A DNA stretch of 64,000 nt from an uncultured Methanosarcinales archaeon. GTDB lineage: Archaea > Nanobdellota > Nanobdellia > Woesearchaeales > DATDXC01. This document shows positions 38,100 to 48,227 of this stretch, piece after piece. Within the stretch, counting starts at the first letter, position 1. Every line of letters starts with the position of its first letter. Made by a program: the position numbers and the translations under genes. The stretch is taken from assembly GCA_964510025.1 (NCBI GenBank), contig CAZDZV010000004.1:611-64610 (forward strand), given 5' to 3'. The notes beneath the pieces were generated by a model, which did not search any database, had not been told where the DNA came from, and worked only from the letters and a program-made list of their open reading frames with translations.

Positions 38100-38204
38100 T
38101 TTTTCACCTCTTTTGTTGACATTTGTAGGAACATAACCTACTTACCTTATCTTTGGCACAACTTATATATAAACTTTTTGTTTTTGAATATACTAGTATA
38201 GGGA

Positions 38205-41200
38205 TTATGTACCCCACCTCCAGACTCTCGCCTCGACAATAGTAGGCCCCCACATGAAAGGTATCCTGCCTATGCTTACTGTCTCGACATCCAGATCATT
38301 GGCTCCGAACTTCACAAACAGCAGTCCATCATCATCAAAATCAAGCTGGTCAAAAAGCCTGCATATGGCATTGTTTATGGCATCCTGATCATAGTCTGTA
38401 TCGCAGGAAGTGAAAGCGTTGAATGTGCAGTTTGCAGAGCTGTTATAGCTGTTAGGTATAGGCACATCAGCATATGTCCCATCCTCAAATCCAAGCGTCC
38501 AGATGCAGCCCTCTGCCTTTGCAAAGACGCCAGTGTAGTTCATGTCCATCCTTATCCCTATAGTATATATAGCCATGTCATCTGCAGAGCCGATTGATAC
38601 GTTATGGCTGCCCTGTGCTGTTGATATCCTGACAGTATTGTTCCCTGGTCCGAGCAGACCCACAGGGATATTAACTATATATGGGTCTCCCAGATAAGAG
38701 TACTCAACCCCGTAATCAGATATGTTATAGAATGTGTCCCATGCAGAGCCGTTCCACACAGATGCCCTGTCCGTCCATCTTTCTCCTGAATAGGATGTCA
38801 GCTTGGCATCATACAGCAGGACCTGGGGGGGCACTGTAAACGATCCCTGGGTTATATTGTTGCTGAACCTCGGGCTTTCGACGATCACAGGTATCCTTGC
38901 GTATTCAGTCTGGTTCAGCTCAAGGCTGTAGTTGAACTCGATGTATGAATCAGGATATAGCTCATTGCTCACGTTGCCTGTCACATTTGCTGTCTGGGCT
39001 GCAAACTGCAGCTCGATCATGTCGCTGGCTATCTGCCTGTAGATGTCCATCAGCTGCGCAGCATCATTGGCATCATAGGCATGGCTGCAGTCATCGCAGC
39101 ATGCTATATCGTCCATCAGGCCTGTATCTGCTCCAGAGCCGAAAGCCACCGAATATATCCTTATGCCGAACCTGTCAAAAGCATCGCATGCCTTCTGCAC
39201 AGCCTCGTCCTCTGCTCCGCTTAGGTCGTAGTTGCTCCTGGTGCCGATCCTTGTGTTGGCCTCTCCGTCGCTCATCACAAGCATGGACATGAACCTGTCA
39301 TAAGACAGCTCATCGTCGCTCCACTTCAGCGTAAGGTTGAGGTTCCTGAACCTCCAAAGGTCATTGTCGTCATCTGTGTGCAGGCAGCCTGTTGTTGTGC
39401 CGGAAAACAGCCTTATCTCAACATCTGAGCTGTTCAGCACCATCACCGGAACATCTAGCAGAACCTCCTGCCACTCATTGTCTCCTGACCATCTTTGGTA
39501 GTCGATCCTTCCTATATACTGTCCGTTTACGTAAACGCAATCATAAGAATCAGGATTGACATCCAGCGCCTCAAATCTCAGCAGTCCTGCCCTTATCTGG
39601 TCTGTGCCTATGCCTGTATTAAAGACCACGCTGGACGACTCTGCCCCGTCATCCAGCACGACAAGGCTTGGATCAGAAAAGCTTGAATCATGAATCTCCG
39701 AGCTATGCTCCCAGGCTATCAGCTCAACATGCTTCAGGTCCCAGTCATCCTGTTCCCCTGCTGTGTCAAAGCACCCGTTTACATTTGCTCCTGTGACAGT
39801 TATATTATTGGTGCCTGTGTTGGCAACGCTGTAATTTATCTTTACGCTTTCCAGCACCGGCGTCCTTGAGGTGTTTGCAGTTGAGAGGTTTGCCCTCCAC
39901 TGTATATATCTGGAATCTGCCTGGGCTATTGGCCCCGCATCATCATAGGCAGCGCTGCTCCATGCGAAATTATCCCACGAACCATCTGGAACAGCAACGT
40001 CTCCTGTCCTGATCTCAAGGTATATGCTTGTACCGGCTGGCAGCTCATTTTCCCAGCTTATGCTGCCCCAGTCAGCATCGCCCCCTGCATAGTATACCGG
40101 GCTCATTATCCAGCCGTCAGCTGAATATTCTGACGTGAGGTCCCCTTCCTCCATCTCTGGCCCAAAGCTGAGAAAGCTGTCATTCATCGAGAGGTATTGC
40201 GCAGCTATCCAGTCATCAGACCTCGCAGCGTTGGAAAGCCTGAGCTCATCTATCATTCCGTCAAGCTCCTCTTCCCCGCCTGTTCCGTCATGCATCCTGG
40301 TGTTCCCATAGCCTGCCCTGATGTCCCCTGAATGGGCATAGAGCCTCCTGCCTTCCCCAGCGCCAAATTCAGTTCCATCCAGGTATCCTTCAAAGCAGTC
40401 GCCGCAAAAATTATCAGTTCCGTCCCTGAGCCTCAGGGCCACATAATGCCATTCTCCTGTACCGATGCCTGTGCTGAGCCATGTGCCGTCCCAGTCGCTC
40501 TGCCCTGAATCCCTGTTCCATCCTCCAACATATGCATTTCCCGAGCTTAGGTATATATTCAGTCCTCTTGTGCCGCCTCCCTGCTCATATATGATATTCT
40601 TTGCACCTCCATCGATGGTGTCTGCCCTGAACAGCACCTCTATGGTCTTGTCATCCCATGGACCGCCATCGTTTATCTCATCGCTGTTGGCTATTGTGCT
40701 GTAGTCGTTGTTGCCATCATAATCGTAGGCTCCATCCACGATGCCTGAGCTAGAGCCCGGGCAGTTGCCGCATCCAAGATCATTGTTGAAGGAGCTGGAA
40801 TCCTGGTCATCATCCATATGGTACACCCCGATGAAATCATCATCCCATACAGCTGCAGCATCCTGGTCATCTGGTGCGCCGTTGTTGCCGTAGTATACCC
40901 ATATATAACCTGTATCAGAATAGCCGTCTATAGATGCCCTGACCCATACATATGAGCTCCCGCCTTCATCCCATTCCTCTATCTCATGGGCCAGCTGCGC
41001 TCCCTCGTCATCCACAAACCTTATGTCCTGTCCCATGTCCTGGGTTTCGCTGTAGTCTATCCTGGTGCTGTCCAGCCTCACAAGCACTGGAAAATCAGGC
41101 AACTCCCCTTGTCCTGAATTATCAAACGCTATCTTCCTCCTTTTCAGCCAGGCGCTGTCCCACCATGCGTCAGCCTGCTTCAGCACTGCGTCTCCGGGAG

Positions 41201-43082
41201 ATGCCATGACATCCACAAGGCTCTCTGAGCATGCCTGGAAATCTGCCTGGGAGCTTGTGCTCCATTCCCCATATGCAATCCCTGAACTTGGCAGCCACTC
41301 CTCTTTTATTGGATATGAGCATGTATGCCAGCCTGTGCTGTCGTCGTCGTTTGACTCGCACATGCGTCCGAGATAGTGGCCGTTAAGGAACACGCAGTCC
41401 CTGTAGCCATCCTCAACGTCAACGCCTCTGCCGAACAAGGTGAGCCGTGATTTGACAAAAGCGCTCTTGTTGACATCCAGGTTGAAGCTGATCTCTGCAG
41501 ACACAGGCCCTGTGTCCCCGAGATGCCTTGCTGTGCTGTCTGATTGCACCTTCATCTCGCTGCCATACAGCGCTCTTTTCTCAGTCAGCAGCTCTGCAGC
41601 TGTATTTATTCCGCACGATATGCATGTCCACCCGCACCATTCGTCGTAATAGTCATCGATCCTGGACTGCAATGAAGCGTTGTCCCCGGAAAAGGGATGG
41701 AAGGAGCAGACAGGACTGGTCCTTTTTCCGTAGCCTACCAGGCTCACCTCGTTGCCCGGGACGCTTAGCATCTCCTCCACGAATGTCTTGTCTGAACCCT
41801 GGGCAACCCTGTCTCTTCTCTCATGGCAGGGAGAAGATCCGTCGCATATTCCAGGCTCGCTGCAGTCTATATCAACATCGCATCCCCTCATAGAGCCGGT
41901 CCTGTCTGTTATCAGGACAGCATCTGATTTGCCGCCGTAAAAGAAAGTTATGTTCTCTATGCCCAGCCTTATGGGCACTGTTGCCTTGCTTATGGTGTTA
42001 TAGTCCAGCGCCGCTGAGAACACCGAATCGTTGACAAATACGCTTTGCGGCACTGTTGACGTGCTTGTCTCGAACACAGTAACATTGCCCACTGTGAAAT
42101 ACACAGGAGTATTGGACATGAAGTGAAGGAACATGTTGATATTGTTGACCATGCCAGGTATGTAGAAGGAATCATAGATGTTTATGATGCCGTCGATGCC
42201 CGGAAAGAAATATCGTTTCCTGGTTATGTTGTTATAGGCGCCGAGCTCTGATGTCTGGAACTTCAGCTTGAAATATCCTCCTCCGATATATGCATCCTTT
42301 GTAGAGTTGAACGAAAAGAGCATGATGTTGTCTCCCGCGTCAAAATTCGATAGGTAGCTCTCGTTGATCACCCATTTGTCAGCTGTTAGGTTGTGGGGAG
42401 CTGGGCTGGGAGAGACAGCGTAGCTGCCTGAGAAGTTGCCGTTCACATACAGCTCAAAGCTCGAGCCTGCATCCAGCTCCATATACCCATAGTCGATAGA
42501 TGTCAGGGATATAGGGAGCGACAGTATGCCTGTAATGTTCCCCTCTCCGATATATCCTCCGAAATACAGGTAAGCTGCAGAGGTCCGCTCATTTATTTCA
42601 GAAAGGAACACCCTGGATGTCAGGCCTTCCACAGCCCTGTCTTTCTCCATGCCGGTGACCATCTGCTTGGAGGAAATAAGCTGCGTGACAGGCCTGTCTG
42701 TCGATGTGAAGATCGGGTCATCATACCCTTCCACCCAGATGCCGATGCTGTAATCATTGGGTATCAGGGAGCCGATCGTAAGGTTTAAGAGCTGCCTTGC
42801 CTTCTGCTCGCTTCCCTCTATCTGGAACCTCAGGATCTGCTCGACCACTGTCCTGTTGAAATCTGTTACGTTCGTGTTGTTCAGGAAAGCTGCAATATCT
42901 GCATCATCAAACTCGCGCAGCTCCATATCAGAAAGCAGCTGTATCATGTCAGAGGAATAATATACCGCAGAGGTGGTGTCCTGCGCCCTGAGATAGAACA
43001 TGGGCATGAGGATTATCACCACTATTATGAGCATGACTGCGATAAGTGCATCTAGACTAAATAGTATCCCGTTTCTGCCCAT
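38205..43082 (-). CDS. Giant pilin-like vWA adhesin with DUF2341 and LamG inserts
   Basis: G|ILFSLDA class III-like N-terminus; MIDAS DRTGS, TCISCG and VMSDG; DUF2341 (WWDSAWLKRRKI...DIRFVD...HEIEEW...VYYGN); LamG (WHYVA...GMIDELRLS..ARS.DWI). Confidence 0.8.
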   Translation of the reverse strand: MGRNGILFSLDALIAVMLIIVVIILMPMFYLRAQDTTSAVYYSSDMIQLLSDMELREFDDADIAAFLNNTNVTDFNRTVVEQILRFQIEGSEQKARQLLNLTIGSLIPNDYSIGIWVEGYDDPIFTSTDRPVTQLISSKQMVTGMEKDRAVEGLTSRVFLSEINERTSAAYLYFGGYIGEGNITGILSLPISLTSIDYGYMELDAGSSFELYVNGNFSGSYAVSPSPAPHNLTADKWVINESYLSNFDAGDNIMLFSFNSTKDAYIGGGYFKLKFQTSELGAYNNITRKRYFFPGIDGIINIYDSFYIPGMVNNINMFLHFMSNTPVYFTVGNVTVFETSTSTVPQSVFVNDSVFSAALDYNTISKATVPIRLGIENITFFYGGKSDAVLITDRTGSMRGCDVDIDCSEPGICDGSSPCHERRDRVAQGSDKTFVEEMLSVPGNEVSLVGYGKRTSPVCSFHPFSGDNASLQSRIDDYYDEWCGWTCISCGINTAAELLTEKRALYGSEMKVQSDSTARHLGDTGPVSAEISFNLDVNKSAFVKSRLTLFGRGVDVEDGYRDCVFLNGHYLGRMCESNDDDSTGWHTCSYPIKEEWLPSSGIAYGEWSTSSQADFQACSESLVDVMASPGDAVLKQADAWWDSAWLKRRKIAFDNSGQGELPDFPVLVRLDSTRIDYSETQDMGQDIRFVDDEGAQLAHEIEEWDEGGSSYVWVRASIDGYSDTGYIWVYYGNNGAPDDQDAAAVWDDDFIGVYHMDDDQDSSSFNNDLGCGNCPGSSSGIVDGAYDYDGNNDYSTIANSDEINDGGPWDDKTIEVLFRADTIDGGAKNIIYEQGGGTRGLNIYLSSGNAYVGGWNRDSGQSDWDGTWLSTGIGTGEWHYVALRLRDGTDNFCGDCFEGYLDGTEFGAGEGRRLYAHSGDIRAGYGNTRMHDGTGGEEELDGMIDELRLSNAARSDDWIAAQYLSMNDSFLSFGPEMEEGDLTSEYSADGWIMSPVYYAGGDADWGSISWENELPAGTSIYLEIRTGDVAVPDGSWDNFAWSSAAYDDAGPIAQADSRYIQWRANLSTANTSRTPVLESVKINYSVANTGTNNITVTGANVNGCFDTAGEQDDWDLKHVELIAWEHSSEIHDSSFSDPSLVVLDDGAESSSVVFNTGIGTDQIRAGLLRFEALDVNPDSYDCVYVNGQYIGRIDYQRWSGDNEWQEVLLDVPVMVLNSSDVEIRLFSGTTTGCLHTDDDNDLWRFRNLNLTLKWSDDELSYDRFMSMLVMSDGEANTRIGTRSNYDLSGAEDEAVQKACDAFDRFGIRIYSVAFGSGADTGLMDDIACCDDCSHAYDANDAAQLMDIYRQIASDMIELQFAAQTANVTGNVSNELYPDSYIEFNYSLELNQTEYARIPVIVESPRFSNNITQGSFTVPPQVLLYDAKLTSYSGERWTDRASVWNGSAWDTFYNISDYGVEYSYLGDPYIVNIPVGLLGPGNNTVRISTAQGSHNVSIGSADDMAIYTIGIRMDMNYTGVFAKAEGCIWTLGFEDGTYADVPIPNSYNSSANCTFNAFTSCDTDYDQDAINNAICRLFDQLDFDDDGLLFVKFGANDLDVETVSIGRIPFMWGPTIVEARVWRWGT
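38245..38294. repeat. 50-bp direct repeat, copy 1 (copy 2 at 44071-44120)
   Basis: GGCCCCCACATGAAAGGTATC(C/T)TGCCTATGCTTACTGTCTCGACATCCAG, one mismatch, at the 3' ends of both adhesin genes. Confidence 0.85.
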
Positions 43083-43092
43083 CTAGCACCTC

Positions 43093-44043
43093 TCATATCT
43101 CCCAGTTCAGTAAGGTCAGGTTATACCTTTCAAGATGGCCTGAATCCAGCTTTACCCAGTCAGGCGTGAAGTTGATCCTGTAGTCTCCGTCTCCAGAATC
43201 TGTCCAGTAATGATAGTCTATTATGCTGCTGTCCCCATGGACGCTGAGCCCCTGTTCGCTTACTTTTATCAGGTTGACCATGCTCTCTATGCCGCAGCAG
43301 CCTGAGCTTGTCAGGTTGTTCTCGAATCTCATCAGGAAGCTCGGTGCATCCCCGCTGTCCACATAATATGAGTTCTCGATGTGCTCCATCAGGTTGCTGA
43401 CGTTCCATTTAACCTTCTTGAAGGTATAGTTGCCTTGATAGGGTGTTGCATTTATGACATTGGTTATCCTGCCAAGGCTGTAGACGATATACAGGGGATC
43501 CTCAAAGCTGTTGATCTTTATCTGGGACTCTATCTGCTGCTCCCTTCTCCAGGATGCGATGCCTGCCGTGTCATCTATGTAAAAAGAGATATTTGTCCAT
43601 ACGACCACATGCCACGGGTCTGTCTGGAAGATATCTGTTTCATGAAGCACCATGCTGACATTTATCTTCAGCTTGTTGGATTCCAGCCTAATATTCTCGA
43701 GCCATTGGGGCAGAGTAGAGCCTATCATCAGGGTGGAATTGGTGCTGTTCACTGTCCCGTACAGCAGGGCTTCCATGAACATCTCCTCAGTATTGTTCAG
43801 GAACTTCCCTTCCCTTATGATATACTCCTCCAGGGCCATCAGCGCCCTGTATGAGCTGATATATATTCCTCTCTCGACGTCCCTCTCAAGGTCCTTGACA
43901 AAATCATTCATCGAGTCTACTCTCATCTCTATCACAGACATCCTCTCGTTTATCCTTTTGTAGCTCGGCATCATGAACACAAAAAGGAAAACAAAAAGGA
44001 AAGCTATCGTCATCAAAGTGAAATACATGCCTTTTTTTTTCAT
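43093..44043 (-). CDS. Pilin-like minor subunit, unknown function
   Basis: MKKKG|MYFTLMTIAF basic plus hydrophobic N-terminus; ATGA-coupled to the upstream adhesin. Confidence 0.7.
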   Translation of the reverse strand: MKKKGMYFTLMTIAFLFVFLFVFMMPSYKRINERMSVIEMRVDSMNDFVKDLERDVERGIYISSYRALMALEEYIIREGKFLNNTEEMFMEALLYGTVNSTNSTLMIGSTLPQWLENIRLESNKLKINVSMVLHETDIFQTDPWHVVVWTNISFYIDDTAGIASWRREQQIESQIKINSFEDPLYIVYSLGRITNVINATPYQGNYTFKKVKWNVSNLMEHIENSYYVDSGDAPSFLMRFENNLTSSGCCGIESMVNLIKVSEQGLSVHGDSSIIDYHYWTDSGDGDYRINFTPDWVKLDSGHLERYNLTLLNWEI

Positions 44044-47000
44044 CTCCACACCCTCGCCTCCACAACTGTGGGCCCCCACATGAAAGGTATCTTGCCTATG
44101 CTTACTGTCTCGACATCCAGGTCTGAGGGCCCGAATTTTGCAAACAATCTGCCGTCATCGTCAAAGTCAAGCTGCTGGAAGAGCCTGCACATAGCGTCAT
44201 TGACAGCGTCATCCTTGAATTCTGCGCCGCAGTCAGTGCTATCTGTAAAATTGCAGTCCTTTGTGCCGTTGTAGCTAGCTGGTATCATCATGCTTATGTT
44301 TTGGCCGTCCTCGAACATAAGGCTCCAGTTGCATCCCTCTGCCTTGGAAAACACCCCTGAATAGCTCAGGTTTATCTTTATGCCGAGCGTATAGATGGCC
44401 CTGTCAGCAGGGCTTCCGCCAACCCATTCCACTGCGCCTGAGCCGGTCTGTATCCATACTTGATTTTCTCCCTCATGGGTATAGCTCACAGGGATGCTTA
44501 TTATGAATGGGTCGCCTAGAGCATGGTAGTCATAGGACATCTCAGAAAGGTTGAATATATCTATGTAGCCTGTATCCAGCAGCCCCAGATAGCTTGCCCA
44601 CCTGTCGTCTGAATATGATGTTACTTTTGCCTCGAGCAGCTTTGATTCAGATGGTACAAAGAAGCTTCCCTTTGTCTGGTTATTGTTGAATCTCGGAGTC
44701 TCCAGAGTCAAAGGTATCACTGAATAGTCCAGTGATTCATCTATATCCTGATAGACAAACTCTATATAGGATCCCCTTCTTATGACAGAGCTAACGTTGG
44801 ATGAAAGGCTCAGGTTTATCACCTGGGATTCATAGGCAATCTCATAGGCTATAGTGCTGTATATCAGGGCAAGGTCCTCAGCGTTTGAGCCCTTGTAGAA
44901 CTTGCCGTTCGAGACGTTCGCTATCTTCGCTAAAGTGGACGAGCCTGCGTCGCTGCCGAAGCCTTTCGTATATATTGTTATATCGTATTCCTTGGAGATG
45001 TTCTCCGAGAGGTTGATCGCCTCCTCGATGGCCGCTTCTCCGCATTCAGAGCCGTCCAGGCACACATTGGCCTCCCCATCAGTCATCAGCACGATGTATC
45101 TTTTCTCGGCAGTTCCGTTGTTGATGAGTATAGAAGCGCTTCTTTCTATAGCGCACGATAGGCATGTAAGCCCGCTATCTGCATGATATCCCTCGATCTC
45201 CTCATAAAGCATGGTGCGGTTAAGGCTGAGATTGGTGGCGCTGGTGACGCCTGTGCCGTACCTTACAAGCCCAAGCTGGACCTTGTCGCCCAGGATTATC
45301 TCGTCGACGAATTCCCGGTCAAGCTTCTTTGCCAGCCTGATCCTGACAGAATCGCAGATATAGCAGCTCCCGTTTTCAGCTATGCACATCTCGCCCGAGC
45401 ATCCATATCTCTCGCCTATAGGCTCAGACAGGCCGGGGATGCATTGCTCTGTGTTTTCCGTAGCACCCTTGCAGTGGTCTTCTGTGTCACAGCAGGCATT
45501 GCTTGTATCTGTAGAGCAAAGGATCGCCCCGCAGCAATAGTCCATATATGTATAGCATCTTGTCTCAGTGCAGCATCTGACCTCTTCCTGCTCGCATTCA
45601 TATTCAAGCGTTGTCTCATCGCAGCAGCACAGTCCGGAGCACAGGCTGCATTCGCTGCAGCTGACATAGCCCGGATCGCATGAGGCTTCCTCTGTGCAGT
45701 AGAAGGCTCCGTATCTTGTCTGGCCAGTATAGCATTCTGATGCAAGGCATGTGGGATTGAGGGGGTCTCCTGGATCATATGGCCTCCAGCTGATATCATT
45801 GAATATTGGATAGTATATTTCCTCTCCAGGCAGGCATTCATCTGGCGCGCCGCAAAATGGCTTATCCCTGTATACGCAGTTGCAGTAGTAGGCATTCCAG
45901 TCTTTTTCAGACGCGTTGCAGCTGCCTATGCCCGGCCTGCATAGACTGAACGATGTGACGCTATTGCCGTTCTCATCATATCCATAGATCAGCCCAAGAT
46001 TATCGCATATCCTGTCCCCGTAGCTGTCCCTCTGGTACCAGGCACAGTCCTTATACTCATGGAAGCACTGTCCGTCCGGGCAAAACCCAGCAGGGCATGC
46101 TGCTGCACCGCATTCAACAAGCGTGTCATAGCTGAGGCTTCCGTTGGAATAAGGATGAGATGGCGGACAGTCTGTGCTGCAGTTGTCCATCCATAGGCAC
46201 TCTCTGTCGCTGTATACTATTTTTTCAAAATCAGGTGCATCAAAAAAAGCCTCAGGCGCATAAGCCTCGTCTGCCACAGGCCTCTCTGGTGGGCAGTGCG
46301 ATGTCTCGTACCTGCACCAGTCAGGCATATCACCTATGCCGTCATCAGGGCAGCTTGACTGGTTAAGGGCCATAGCATGAGACATTATCTCTCTGTCTGT
46401 CAGTATCCTTTTGTGTATAGCCAGCTCATCCATGCTTGCCCTAAGCTGGCAGCAGCTCTCACTGTACCTGTATCCGATATAGAGCATCTTCCCTATCTGG
46501 ATGGTTCTTCCTCCCCCTGTACCGACCATATGGCCGTCTACATATATCTGGGATTCTGTCTTATTTACAGTAACGGCAATATGCTGCCATTTATCATTTT
46601 TCAGATAAGCTGACGGTGATTGCACCCGAGCATACCAGCAGATGTTTCCTTGTTCAGGGCAGTTGCTGGAAACATAATCCTGCAGGTACCACCAGTTGCC
46701 GTCAGCTCTGGCGTCGAGCAGGTATTGGGATCCCTGGTTCCAGTCTGCTTTTCTCATCCAGAACTCTATTGTCATCGCTTCTGGATCGCCCAGGTCATCC
46801 TCTATCCTTATGAATTGTGAGCCTGTGAATTCTGCAGAGCTGCCGATGACGCCCGTGTCAAGGCCCAGGGCCCCTGAGACATTGACAGTTCTGTTCCATC
46901 CTGATGAGTCCTGCAGCGGCATGCTGTCGAAATGCAGCAACAGCAATGTGTCCTGGTCCGGCCTGATCTCCCTTGAATCCATGCACTCCCTCATGCTGTT

Positions 47001-48227
47001 CGAGGTGTCTGTCACCAGAACAACATCAGATGTCGAGATATTTTTTTCAGCAAGCCCGAACCTGAATGGTATGGTCTTCTTTGACATTTCTGTGTAGTTA
47101 AGCAGATTGGACAGGGTATAGTTGGATATTGTTCTCTGGATAGTGCCGACTCCGGTGTGCTGGTAGACAGTGGTATTGCCTATATTAAAGAAAGTTGACA
47201 CGCTGGCAGCCGGGTTTACTGCATAATCCAGGTAGACCTTCATGGATTTCAGCAGCCCCTGGACAAAAAAGGAAGAATAAAGGTTTATAACCCCGTCTAT
47301 CTCTGGCAGCCAAAAGGTCTCAGTTATGATGTTCCCCCCCTCATATCCGCCGTAGCTGATGCAGCTGCCGTAGCCCCCGCAAATTATCTCATACTTGTCA
47401 TAGAGGTTGGAGGTTGTGTATCCTACCCTTATGAATCCTCCCCCTATGTAAGCATCCTGGATATCATGGAAAGCTACTGTTACATAGTTATCTCCTGCAT
47501 GGAAAAAGCTTGTGTTGGCCTCGATGATGGTTGGTATGGCCTCGGCAGTCTGATTTGTGGCATTAAACCTTCCCACAAATGCGTTGTTCACGAAAAGGTC
47601 AAAATCCTGGACCACCCTCATCTCTATATAGAACGAGTTCACGCTGCTTATCTCCCACGGCAGCACGATCTTTTTGGTGATATTGCCGTTGCCCACGTAT
47701 CCGCCGAAGTACGAATAGACTGCAGATATCTTCTCATCCAGCTCAGACAGGAATACCCTTGAGGTGAATCCCTCGATAGCCTTTTCCCTTTCTATGCCTG
47801 ACACCAGGGCCTTGGCTGAGATGAGCTGCCTCACCCTGCCCAGGGTGTTGTTGAAAACAGGATCATCATATCCCTCTACCCAGAAGCCGAAGTTGACCCG
47901 GCCAGGTATAACATCCCTGGTCGTCAGGTTCATCAGCTTTTCAGCTCTTTCATGATCTCCAGCTACCTTGAATCTCAGCACCTGCTCCATGATCGTCCTG
48001 TTGTAGTCAGTGACATTGCTGTTGTTAAGAAGCTCCCTGACAGCAGCATCATCTATCTCGCCTACCTTTATCTTTGACAGGGACTGCACGATATCGCTTG
48101 AAAAATACATTATCTGGGGATCCTCTTCCTGCTTCACATAAAACATCGGTATTATCACCAGTACAGATATTATGAGCACTGTGGCGATCGTTGCATCAAT
48201 GCTGAAAAAAACACCTCTCTTCACCAT
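44040..48227 (-). CDS. Giant pilin-like vWA adhesin paralog with LamG and Cys-rich inserts
   Basis: KRG|VFFSIDA; MIDAS DTSNS, TCLSCA and LMTDGEAN; LamG (LLLHFD...TIEFW...WQHIAV...MDELAI); long Cys-rich tract. Confidence 0.8.
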   Translation of the reverse strand: MVKRGVFFSIDATIATVLIISVLVIIPMFYVKQEEDPQIMYFSSDIVQSLSKIKVGEIDDAAVRELLNNSNVTDYNRTIMEQVLRFKVAGDHERAEKLMNLTTRDVIPGRVNFGFWVEGYDDPVFNNTLGRVRQLISAKALVSGIEREKAIEGFTSRVFLSELDEKISAVYSYFGGYVGNGNITKKIVLPWEISSVNSFYIEMRVVQDFDLFVNNAFVGRFNATNQTAEAIPTIIEANTSFFHAGDNYVTVAFHDIQDAYIGGGFIRVGYTTSNLYDKYEIICGGYGSCISYGGYEGGNIITETFWLPEIDGVINLYSSFFVQGLLKSMKVYLDYAVNPAASVSTFFNIGNTTVYQHTGVGTIQRTISNYTLSNLLNYTEMSKKTIPFRFGLAEKNISTSDVVLVTDTSNSMRECMDSREIRPDQDTLLLLHFDSMPLQDSSGWNRTVNVSGALGLDTGVIGSSAEFTGSQFIRIEDDLGDPEAMTIEFWMRKADWNQGSQYLLDARADGNWWYLQDYVSSNCPEQGNICWYARVQSPSAYLKNDKWQHIAVTVNKTESQIYVDGHMVGTGGGRTIQIGKMLYIGYRYSESCCQLRASMDELAIHKRILTDREIMSHAMALNQSSCPDDGIGDMPDWCRYETSHCPPERPVADEAYAPEAFFDAPDFEKIVYSDRECLWMDNCSTDCPPSHPYSNGSLSYDTLVECGAAACPAGFCPDGQCFHEYKDCAWYQRDSYGDRICDNLGLIYGYDENGNSVTSFSLCRPGIGSCNASEKDWNAYYCNCVYRDKPFCGAPDECLPGEEIYYPIFNDISWRPYDPGDPLNPTCLASECYTGQTRYGAFYCTEEASCDPGYVSCSECSLCSGLCCCDETTLEYECEQEEVRCCTETRCYTYMDYCCGAILCSTDTSNACCDTEDHCKGATENTEQCIPGLSEPIGERYGCSGEMCIAENGSCYICDSVRIRLAKKLDREFVDEIILGDKVQLGLVRYGTGVTSATNLSLNRTMLYEEIEGYHADSGLTCLSCAIERSASILINNGTAEKRYIVLMTDGEANVCLDGSECGEAAIEEAINLSENISKEYDITIYTKGFGSDAGSSTLAKIANVSNGKFYKGSNAEDLALIYSTIAYEIAYESQVINLSLSSNVSSVIRRGSYIEFVYQDIDESLDYSVIPLTLETPRFNNNQTKGSFFVPSESKLLEAKVTSYSDDRWASYLGLLDTGYIDIFNLSEMSYDYHALGDPFIISIPVSYTHEGENQVWIQTGSGAVEWVGGSPADRAIYTLGIKINLSYSGVFSKAEGCNWSLMFEDGQNISMMIPASYNGTKDCNFTDSTDCGAEFKDDAVNDAMCRLFQQLDFDDDGRLFAKFGPSDLDVETVSIGKIPFMWGPTVVEARVWR
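44071..44120. repeat. 50-bp direct repeat, copy 2
   Basis: Matches 38245-38294 with one mismatch. Confidence 0.85.

Noticed and set aside
38245..44120. DGR template/variable repeat pair
   Set aside because: Only one mismatch, both copies lie in coding 3' ends of paralogs, and there is no reverse transcriptase in the window.
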